DNA of 64,000 nucleotides from positions 1,644 through 65,643 of the forward strand of contig NZ_JAZTZI010000124.1 of NCBI RefSeq assembly GCF_045637405.1, given 5' to 3'. How positions within the stretch are numbered: position 1 is the first letter of the stretch; the number at the start of each line of letters is the position of its first letter. Origin of the DNA: Anaerovibrio sp. (GTDB lineage Bacteria; Bacillota; Negativicutes; Selenomonadales; Selenomonadaceae). This document shows positions 25,427 through 33,078 of the stretch, piece after piece. The translations under genes were made by a program, and so were the position numbers. The notes under the pieces are model-generated. The model was not told where the DNA came from. It saw only the letters and a program-made list of their open reading frames with translations, and did not search any database.

Positions 25427-25470
25427 AACCAAAAACAGCTGCCGGGGGTATATGGCAGCTGTTTTTGGTT
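25427..25470. terminator. strong bidirectional terminator
   Basis: A 17-bp perfect stem aaccaaaaacagctgcc / ggcagctgtttttggtt with a 10-nt loop, between convergent genes. Confidence 0.85.
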
Positions 25471-25533
25471 GGATTATCATCGGATAATCAAGTTTGGATA
25501 ATATGTGTATGTAATGTTAGGGAACGACAATAA

Positions 25534-26820
25534 TTAATCGCGGACTATAACGGATATTCCGTTTGGAATACAGGTTACAGTTGCGTTTTCGCCCTTTATG
25601 CGGCGAGCCTCAGCATAAGCCTCTTCCAAAGTAGGGAAGTAGTGGGCCTTAAGGTCCTCAATAAGCTGTTTCTGTTCTGGAGCGGCTACAAAGAGTACGG
25701 TGTGCTTTCTTAAAATACGGCACCATACCTGGGCACACCACTGATCAGGCAGTGTTTCCTCCTGAGGAGTGTTTACGCACTTCTGGAAGAACTCGTCAGC
25801 AGTAGCAGCATCGTGTATAGAGTCATAATAAGACTGACCGCCGTGACCGTCTTTACAGGTGGCCAGCATTATTATGACACCGCCTTCATTAATGGAGGCT
25901 TCAGCGGCAGTCATACCCTTTGGACACTGGTATGCGTTCTGGTCCAGTGGATAACCACCGTTGGTTGTAATAACAATATCAGCAGGAGCTGGTTTTACGG
26001 CACAATACTTTGCCAAGAATTCTGTGCCCTCCAGATGTGCTGTTTCGAAGTTGCCGGCATAAGCAGCAACAGTCTTCTGTTCTTCGTCAATTATTACATT
26101 GCAGATAAAGGCAAGCTTGGCCATCTTGGCTGCAGCCACCATATCAATATGTAATGGATTGCCCTTCAAAATACCGGTGCGGGCATAAGGTGAGGCAATA
26201 AACTCACCACAATGGTTGCCCATAACGGTAACAGCATCACAAATACCAGGCAGGACACTCTTGCGGCCACCGGAGAAGCCAGCGAAGAAATGGGCCTCGA
26301 TAAATCCCTCTGCAATAAGCAAGGATGTTTCAGCTGCAACTTTATCGATAATGCAGTCAGGGCCAGATGGAAGTACACCAACCTTGGTATTGCATTCTGG
26401 ATTATGGGCATCATGTACGATGATGTCATCTTTGAATTCATCATACAAGTCATCACCAAGTTTACTACGCAATTCCTCGGTGCTGGTTGGTCTGTGGAAA
26501 CCAGTAGCAACCAATAATGTTATTTTTATATCAGGGTTGCCTTTACGCAGCTCTGCAATCATTTCCGGTAAAATGTCCTTGCTTGGAACAGGACGGGTGT
26601 GGTCGGAAATGATGATGCAGCAATCAGGCTTACCCTTGGCAAGCTCAGAGAGAAGCGGACTGTCAATAGGATTCATCATTGCTTCATGGACAATTTCACG
26701 TCCGGATCGGGAGCTTTTAAGCTCATCAACACGGGAGGTAAGAACCGCGCTTTCTGCTGGAACCTCCAAATCTACAGTACCAGTGTCATAGAGAAAACTA
26801 ACTTTTTTTGTATTTTTCAT
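25534..26820 (-). CDS. larA: nickel-pincer-dependent lactate racemase family protein (LarA)
   Basis: Alignable by eye with L. plantarum LarA along its length (ISDHTRPVP, LVATGFHRP, GFIEAHFFAGFSGGRKSVLPG, TTNGGYPLDQNAYQ, KGMTAAEA). The ATG at 26820 fits the family N-terminus; the track start at 26895 adds 25 aa. Confidence 0.9.
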   Translation of the reverse strand: MKNTKKVSFLYDTGTVDLEVPAESAVLTSRVDELKSSRSGREIVHEAMMNPIDSPLLSELAKGKPDCCIIISDHTRPVPSKDILPEMIAELRKGNPDIKITLLVATGFHRPTSTEELRSKLGDDLYDEFKDDIIVHDAHNPECNTKVGVLPSGPDCIIDKVAAETSLLIAEGFIEAHFFAGFSGGRKSVLPGICDAVTVMGNHCGEFIASPYARTGILKGNPLHIDMVAAAKMAKLAFICNVIIDEEQKTVAAYAGNFETAHLEGTEFLAKYCAVKPAPADIVITTNGGYPLDQNAYQCPKGMTAAEASINEGGVIIMLATCKDGHGGQSYYDSIHDAATADEFFQKCVNTPQEETLPDQWCAQVWCRILRKHTVLFVAAPEQKQLIEDLKAHYFPTLEEAYAEARRIKGENATVTCIPNGISVIVRD

Positions 26821-27018
26821 AATGGTTCCATCCTTTCCTTCAGATACATCTATTGTAATTTGTTCGACAAATTTTGTCAAAGTCATTTTTTTCATCTGAT
26901 TAATTTTTCCATATTTTATGATTTAATTGACATAACCCAAGATATGGTTCTATCATTAGATACGTTGGTATATGTAGGGGAATATATACTATAATTTTTT
27001 TTGAGGGGTGTCATTCAA

Positions 27019-28185
27019 GTGAATGAAAAAAGACTATTTTTTATGGACAATCTGAAAATGTTTACTATTAATCTGATGATTGTCTTTCATTTAGGCCTGT
27101 GTTATATGGCATACTCGCCTGAGTGGTGGTATGTTGTAGATACGGAGCATTGCTCCCTGTTTCTTACCGGATTTGTAACATGGGTTGATGTATTTATTAT
27201 GCCAATGATGTTCTTTATTAGTGGATATTTTGGTATTAGGACTTTAAAAAAACATGGGGGTAGCAAGTGGTGGAATGGTCGTTTTAAGCGGATTATTGTT
27301 CCGTGGATAGTTGGTGTTGCCCTTTTTGCGGCACCAGTATCATACCTGACCTTTTTCAGCCGTAATGCGCCGGTGGATTTTGCTACATTTTGCCGTGACT
27401 GGTTTTTCTTTGACCCGGTAAATGGTGGTTCCGGTGTGTTTTTCTCTCATATCCAGTATTGGTATTTGGGTGTATTGACAGTATTTTATTTGGTTATGTA
27501 CATTATCAGCAGGCTGGACAAGAACTACCTTACCCAGTATGATCCAAGACCAAATGACAGATCAATGGCAGTTCCATTGTTTATCTTTGTTTTCTGCAAC
27601 GTGGTGGCAATGGATATTATCACCGGCTTTGATGATTTGTGGATTCACCTCAGCTACTTTTTGGTAATTCAGCCATGTCGTGTTTTACCTTATGTATGGG
27701 CATTCTTTTTGGGAGCATACGCATGGAAGCATCAGTGGTTCTCTGAGACAGGTTATACACCATCAGTTAAAAAGTGGGTTCCTATATTTGCTGTAATGAC
27801 ACTGATTTATCCGTGCTGGGTATTGTTTGGCAGATTTATTGCTACTGACCCGCTTCATTTTATCTTTATCAGAGGCTTGTGCCAGGCAGCTATGTTTACG
27901 TCTTCCTTCTTTGGCCTGCTGGCAATTTTCTTTAAATTCTTTAATGGAACCAACAAGTTCTTCGGGGAAATGGCAGCCAATTCCTACACCATGTACTATG
28001 CTCATATGCAGATAGTATTCCCGGTGGCATATTTCCTGCTTCCTTTGGATATTCCTTGGTTTCCTAAGTGGATAATAAGCAGTATTATCGGGTTGTTTAT
28101 CACCTATTGTGTAAGTAAACTGTTATTATTCCTGCCATGTTTTGCCAGCAGCAAAAAAGCCAAGCTGTCTTATTCCGAAAAATAA
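27019..28185 (+). CDS. acyltransferase family 3 integral membrane protein
   Basis: KRLFFMDNLKMFTINLMIVFH is a typical Acyl_transf_3 start, and the protein has about 10 TM segments. The GTG at 27019 follows GAGGGG. Confidence 0.8.
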   Translation: MNEKRLFFMDNLKMFTINLMIVFHLGLCYMAYSPEWWYVVDTEHCSLFLTGFVTWVDVFIMPMMFFISGYFGIRTLKKHGGSKWWNGRFKRIIVPWIVGVALFAAPVSYLTFFSRNAPVDFATFCRDWFFFDPVNGGSGVFFSHIQYWYLGVLTVFYLVMYIISRLDKNYLTQYDPRPNDRSMAVPLFIFVFCNVVAMDIITGFDDLWIHLSYFLVIQPCRVLPYVWAFFLGAYAWKHQWFSETGYTPSVKKWVPIFAVMTLIYPCWVLFGRFIATDPLHFIFIRGLCQAAMFTSSFFGLLAIFFKFFNGTNKFFGEMAANSYTMYYAHMQIVFPVAYFLLPLDIPWFPKWIISSIIGLFITYCVSKLLLFLPCFASSKKAKLSYSEK

Positions 28186-28240
28186 TAAGCCTGGCTCTAA
28201 TAGTGCGTAAAACATTAATTTGTTAAAAAATATCTATACT

Positions 28241-28285
28241 AATAAGGTTACTGTGATATACTTATTGTAGTAACCTTATTTTATT
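28241..28285 (+). terminator. intrinsic terminator
   Basis: A 12-bp perfect stem aataaggttact / agtaaccttatt with a 16-nt loop and a T-rich tail. Confidence 0.6.
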
Positions 28286-28290
28286 CTGAA

Positions 28291-28323
28291 AATAAAAAAG
28301 GCACCTGATAAAAAATCAGCTGC
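28291..28323 (-). terminator. terminator of the small hydrophobic ORF
   Basis: Stem gcagctgat / atcaggtgc (one mismatch) followed on the minus strand by cttttttatttt. Confidence 0.55.
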
Positions 28324-28354
28324 GGTTTCTGTTTAGTGAAGAATATCTCTAAAA

Positions 28355-28480
28355 TTAGAGAATAGACTTCACAAGGGCACGAACTTCATTCATAGCCAGC
28401 TCTGGTGCAAAGATGCAAGGAATAGCTGCTGCTACGGTGAATAACCCTATCATTGAAAATAACATATCGATGTTAGTCAA
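28355..28480 (-). CDS. 41-aa hydrophobic small protein (not in the ORF track)
   Basis: My translation is (M)TNIDMLFSMIGLFTVAAAIPCIFAPELAMNEVRALVKSIL*. AAGGAG lies 8 nt upstream of the TTG at 28480 (alternative ATG at 28465). A TTGACA -35 box sits at 28552..28557 (minus strand) with TAAACT 17 nt downstream. It has its own terminator. Confidence 0.5.
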   Translation of the reverse strand: MTNIDMLFSMIGLFTVAAAIPCIFAPELAMNEVRALVKSIL

Positions 28481-28594
28481 TGTTCCCACTCCTTTCGTGG
28501 CGATATTCAGTTTTCATAAACTTTTATTAGTTTATAATAACTATTGATTGATGTCAAGAATTATTTTTAATTTTTACATAATGGCGGTGATAGT

Positions 28595-29284
28595 ATGGAA
28601 CTTAGTTTTGTAACCCCTAATGATTTGGAGATTTTGGGACGTCTGGCTTTATCATGTATTTTAGGCGGAATTATAGGTTATGAACGAGAATCAAAGAGCA
28701 AGTCAGCAGGACTTAGAACCAATATGCTGGTATGCCTGGGATCGTGTCTGATTATGATTCTTTCTACAGAGCTTTATTCCACTGTCGAAGGCAAGACTAA
28801 TGCTGATCCTGCCCGCTTGGCGGCCCAGGTTGTCAGCGGTATAGGTTTTTTGGGTGCTGGTGCAATTATGAAGGAAGGTCTCAACGTTACAGGTCTTACT
28901 ACAGCCGCCTGTCTTTGGGTAGTAGCGGGTGTTGGTCTTTCTGTAGGTGCCGGCTATTATATGAGCGCCTTTATTACGGCAGTTTTGGTATTTGTGGTAT
29001 TGGAAGTATTTGCTAAGCTGGATTCATTTCATCCCATTGATAAAAAACTATCTGCAAAGGTAATAATTAAGAACGATTCTCTCGCCGTTCAACAGATTTA
29101 TGATATTCTTAAGCATTATGACGTAAAAATCAGCGTAGTAAAAATGAAAAATACCGAACATGCCGCAGATGATACACACATTTTCGTGGAGATGGAGCTT
29201 ATTAACACAAAGCATATTCGGGAAGTAGAAATAATGCACGCCCTGTATGCCCTTGATGGGGTGGAAACAGTGGAGCTTACATAA
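28595..29284 (+). CDS. mgtC: MgtC/SapB family protein with a C-terminal ACT-like domain
   Basis: LALSCILGGIIGYERE...AGLRTNMLVCLGS...GIGFLGAGAI is the MgtC signature. Confidence 0.9.
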   Translation: MELSFVTPNDLEILGRLALSCILGGIIGYERESKSKSAGLRTNMLVCLGSCLIMILSTELYSTVEGKTNADPARLAAQVVSGIGFLGAGAIMKEGLNVTGLTTAACLWVVAGVGLSVGAGYYMSAFITAVLVFVVLEVFAKLDSFHPIDKKLSAKVIIKNDSLAVQQIYDILKHYDVKISVVKMKNTEHAADDTHIFVEMELINTKHIREVEIMHALYALDGVETVELT

Positions 29285-29312
29285 ATCATAATTGAGTTAA
29301 TAAATACGCATG

Positions 29313-29343
29313 AGAAAAGGAGACCTCAAAAGGCCTCCTTTTT
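29313..29343. terminator. bidirectional hairpin between convergent genes
   Basis: Stem aaaaggagacc / ggcctcctttt (one mismatch), overlapping the stop codon of the minus-strand gene. Confidence 0.55.
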
Positions 29344-30259
29344 ACATCATAGAAATAGCATATTGAACATCATCCTTGGAAAAGCCTTCCACCAGAAGAC
29401 GCTGATTTATTTTATCCTTGGTCCATCCCATATCCTTATACTGTTGCGCCTTACCTAAGGCCTGAGCCTTCCAGTCGGCATTGATATTTGTCATGGCATA
29501 AAAGACTTCTTCTTTGGTAAAGCCTTCATTTGGGGACAATAGCTGAATATATATACCATTCTTTGAGTAATAGCCCTTTGTTAAATAATCCTGAGCCTTG
29601 TTTAATGCATTAGTTTTCCAGTCAGTAGCTACATGGTCGGACACCAGTGTGGCCACATTACGGGGATAGCCATTGCTCAGAAGATGTCTGAACAAGCCCT
29701 TTTTGGAAAGATGGTTGGCAGTGGCATAACCTTCTGCCTGTTGAACAGCGCCAGCATATTCTGATGGGATATCACTTTTTACGGGTTGAGCCGTTGTTGG
29801 CGGGTAAGTGGTATTGGCAGGATTGGTTGGAGCAGGGGAGCTGCCATTAGGCTTGACTACTGTGAGCTTCTTTAACTCAGATTCCACTTGCTCCGGGTCC
29901 GCATTGGCCACCACGTCTGCTGTAATGTGAATATCTCCGGCTGAAGTCATGCTGCGGCTGATTTTTTTATCTAATACCTTCACATAATTACGGCTTACAG
30001 TGACGATTTCATCGTAGGTAACCACGGAGTTTTCCACTCTGGTATTGCTATATACCAAAACACCTACCTGCTCGGAAATATTCCTTAAAGCTTCAGCCAC
30101 TGCATAATCCTCAGCCTGCTGTAATGTTTCATTATCGCTGACTGTATATTCACCGGTGCCCCTGAAGGTTTCCATCCTTGCCTCAGCTTGCTGAAACGTA
30201 AACACCAACAGGCTAAGCGCCATGAATGTATATAATAAAAGATGTTTAAAGAACTTCAT
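29342..30259 (-). CDS. secreted protein with three C-terminal Ltp-type (host cell surface-exposed lipoprotein family) repeats
   Basis: Signal peptide ending in AEA. Repeats of the form NAL.KAQ.YL....YSK.G...QL....GF(T/S)K(E/D)(E/D)V.YA...(DW) occur three times in the last ~140 aa. The ATG at 30259 has better RBS spacing than 30265. Confidence 0.7.
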   Translation of the reverse strand: MKFFKHLLLYTFMALSLLVFTFQQAEARMETFRGTGEYTVSDNETLQQAEDYAVAEALRNISEQVGVLVYSNTRVENSVVTYDEIVTVSRNYVKVLDKKISRSMTSAGDIHITADVVANADPEQVESELKKLTVVKPNGSSPAPTNPANTTYPPTTAQPVKSDIPSEYAGAVQQAEGYATANHLSKKGLFRHLLSNGYPRNVATLVSDHVATDWKTNALNKAQDYLTKGYYSKNGIYIQLLSPNEGFTKEEVFYAMTNINADWKAQALGKAQQYKDMGWTKDKINQRLLVEGFSKDDVQYAISMM

Positions 30260-30408
30260 ATCCATCCGCTCCTAATTTATTTTCTATAGATATTTTATTC
30301 ACTTTGACGATAGAAATGCAAATTAGAATTTAATTAGCGGCCAAAATGTACTTATAGTACAAAATAGACGAAAGTGTATTGAAACAAGTTGTAGATAATT
30401 AAAATTTA

Positions 30409-30449
30409 GTAAAAAATAGGCATTGACTGTTATTGAGCCAATGCCTATT
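30409..30449 (-). terminator. intrinsic terminator of the alcohol dehydrogenase gene
   Basis: An 11-bp perfect stem aataggcattg / caatgcctatt followed by a T-run on the minus strand. Confidence 0.75.
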
Positions 30450-30479
30450 TAAGTGATTTTATTTAGTTGATGTTACGAA

Positions 30480-31625
30480 TTACATAAGCTGGCGGAACAT
30501 GTCGATTACTTGCTGTTCGGTTGCTTCGCAAGGGTTGCCAGGATAGCAGGCGTCAGCCAAGGCATCCTTGGCCAGAACCTTCAGGTCGGCTTCGGTAATC
30601 TTTTCGTTCTTGGCTGGGATGCCAACATCCTCAGACAACTTGCGGACTGCAGCAATAGCAGCATCGCGGTATTCAGTCTGGGACATGGAGTCAACATTGG
30701 CTACACCCATGGCACGGGCAATTTCACGATAGCGCTCGCCGGTGTGTTCCTTATTAAATTCCATGGCAATTGGCAGGAGCATTGCACAGGCTACACCGTG
30801 AGGGGTGTCGTAATGTGCACTTAGAGTATGGGCCATTGCGTGGTCTATTCCCAGACCTACATTGGAAAAGCCCATTCCGGCGATGTACTGAGCCATGGCC
30901 ATGCCATTGCGACCTTCCGGTTTATTGGCTACCGCATCACGGAGATTCTGGGAAATGAGTTTAATTGCTTCCAGATGGAACATATCAGTAAGCTCCCAGG
31001 CAGCCTTGGTAATATAGCCCTCAATGGCGTGGGTGAGGGCATCCATACCAGTTGCAGCAGTCAGTCCCTTTGGCATAGAGGACATCATATCAGGGTCAAC
31101 AATAGAGACTGAAGGAATGTCGTTAGGGTCAACGCAGACAAATTTACGCTGTTTTTCCACATCGGTAATTACGTAGTTTATAGTAACCTCGGCAGCAGTT
31201 CCGGCAGTAGTAGGTACTGCGATAGTTGGTACTGCATGATTCTTGGTTGGAGACAAGCCTTCCAAGGAACGTACATCCTCGAATTCCGGATTGGTGATAA
31301 TTATACCAACAGCCTTGGCTGTATCCATGGAAGAACCACCGCCAACAGCAATAATGGCGTCTGCCTTACATTCCTTAAAAGCTGCCACGCCATCCTGTAC
31401 GTTCTGGATGGTTGGATTTGGCTTAATCTTGTCATAAACGGTGAATGGAATATTGTTTTTGCTCAGTAAATCTGTAATCTTGGCTGTTACTCCAAATTTT
31501 ACCAGGTCCGGGTCAGTGCATACGAAGATATGCTTGTAGGCACCTCGTTCTATTTCGCCGATGATTTCATTAATAGCTCCTGAACCGTGATAAGAGATAG
31601 TGTTTAATACAATTCTGTTTGACAT
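30480..31625 (-). CDS. iron-containing (group III) alcohol dehydrogenase, FucO/lactaldehyde-reductase-like
   Basis: Fe-ADH signatures (GGGSSMDTAKA, metal-binding His cluster ...HAIEGY...HAMAH..). The ATG at 31625 gives MSNRIVLN. Confidence 0.9.
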   Translation of the reverse strand: MSNRIVLNTISYHGSGAINEIIGEIERGAYKHIFVCTDPDLVKFGVTAKITDLLSKNNIPFTVYDKIKPNPTIQNVQDGVAAFKECKADAIIAVGGGSSMDTAKAVGIIITNPEFEDVRSLEGLSPTKNHAVPTIAVPTTAGTAAEVTINYVITDVEKQRKFVCVDPNDIPSVSIVDPDMMSSMPKGLTAATGMDALTHAIEGYITKAAWELTDMFHLEAIKLISQNLRDAVANKPEGRNGMAMAQYIAGMGFSNVGLGIDHAMAHTLSAHYDTPHGVACAMLLPIAMEFNKEHTGERYREIARAMGVANVDSMSQTEYRDAAIAAVRKLSEDVGIPAKNEKITEADLKVLAKDALADACYPGNPCEATEQQVIDMFRQLM

Positions 31626-31754
31626 TTGGTAATCCCCCAATCTTTAATATGTAATACTCTGTATAAATTTTAAACCTTTTATCTAAACATGACAACAAAT
31701 AAAGTATAAATTTTACAAATAGTTTGACAATTATGTAAATAAATATATACTAGC

Positions 31755-31795
31755 TATAAAATAAAGCACTGGTTCAAGACTTTGAGCCAGTGCTT
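31755..31795 (-). terminator. intrinsic terminator
   Basis: A 14-bp hairpin aagcactggttcaa / tttgagccagtgctt with a T-rich tail on the minus strand. Confidence 0.7.
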
Positions 31796-31818
31796 CTTAA
31801 AGCTGTATCAGCTAGCAG

Positions 31819-32943
31819 TTATTTCATTACGATTAATTCATAATCCCTGGTACCCATGCCGATTTTTTCTCCATGCTCCAGAGTTTCCTTCCAGTGAGAA
31901 TTAGGATTGTTGTTAAGCCAGTGATCACCATGGTCGTGGTGATGTGGATCAGCCATTATGTCACCTAACTGGGAATTGCGGATAGGCTCAGTATTCTGGC
32001 AAATATCTACGCAGGCCTGATCGAGGGCTACAGGGTCAAAGGAGCAGGCAATACCAAGATTTGGCAGAATAGGGGCATCGTTTTCACCATGACAGTCGCA
32101 GTTTGGAGATACATCCATAATCATGTTGATATGGAAGCAAGGTCTATCCTGAACAACGGCCTGAGCGTACTCGGCCATCTTCTTGTCAAGCAGATCTCCG
32201 GCATCCCACTGGTCATTGTGGATGGCATCAAACGGACAAGCACCTATACAACGGCCACAGCCCTTACAAATATCCTTATCGATAATGGCCTTTTTGTTTT
32301 CGTAGGTAATTGCATTGGATCCGCAATGCTTGGCACAAACCTGGCAACCACGGCATTTGTCCATATTAACCTCAACTTTGCCGGAGGAATGTTGTTCCAT
32401 CTTACCCGCACGGCTTCCACAGCCCATGCCGATATTCTTGACTGCACCGCCAAAGCCTGTCATTTCATGACCTTTAAAATGAGCAAGAGAAATAAATACA
32501 TCAGCATCCATAACAGCACGACCAATCTTAGCTGTCTTACAGTATTCACCATTTTTTACAGGCACCTCAATATCATCTGTACCCTTAAGTCCGTCACCAA
32601 TGATAATCTGACAACCGGTGGTAATAGTATTGAAACCGTTTATGTTAGCACAGTCCATGTGCTCCAACGCATGCTTTCTGCTGCCTGGATAAAGGGTGTT
32701 GCAGTCAGTAAGGAATGGAATGCCACCCTGTTCCTTTACCAAATCAGCAACTGCCTTGGCATAGTTAGGACGAATGAAAGCCAAATTGCCAAGCTCGCCA
32801 AAATGCATTTTGATAGCCACAAACTGATTTTCCATATTAATATTCTGAATGCCGGCTTTGATAAAGAGCTTTTTCATCTTGGTCAAAATGCTGGTGCCAA
32901 CCGGAACGCGAAAATCAGTAAAGTAAACTTTAGATTTATCCAT
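31819..32943 (-). CDS. DUF362 domain protein with a 2x[4Fe-4S] ferredoxin insert
   Basis: The DUF362-type N-terminus (VYFTDFR...IKMHFGE) and two CxxCxxCxxxCP motifs (CRGCQVCAKHC, CKGCGRCIGACP). Confidence 0.85.
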   Translation of the reverse strand: MDKSKVYFTDFRVPVGTSILTKMKKLFIKAGIQNINMENQFVAIKMHFGELGNLAFIRPNYAKAVADLVKEQGGIPFLTDCNTLYPGSRKHALEHMDCANINGFNTITTGCQIIIGDGLKGTDDIEVPVKNGEYCKTAKIGRAVMDADVFISLAHFKGHEMTGFGGAVKNIGMGCGSRAGKMEQHSSGKVEVNMDKCRGCQVCAKHCGSNAITYENKKAIIDKDICKGCGRCIGACPFDAIHNDQWDAGDLLDKKMAEYAQAVVQDRPCFHINMIMDVSPNCDCHGENDAPILPNLGIACSFDPVALDQACVDICQNTEPIRNSQLGDIMADPHHHDHGDHWLNNNPNSHWKETLEHGEKIGMGTRDYELIVMK

Positions 32944-33078
32944 ATAATAACCTCCCTAAAATCAATAATACACAACACATTTCAATTAAAGAATAACATA
33001 AGTAAAGCAGTGAATCAAACTAATGTTTTTTAGGTTAACTCACTGCTTTTGTATCTCAATAATTATAACATTTTAAGT

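Noticed and set aside
32089-33033. 314-aa plus-strand ORF antisense to the DUF362 Fe-S protein.
   Set aside because: Antisense shadow. The minus-strand product has two canonical CxxCxxCxxxCP motifs.
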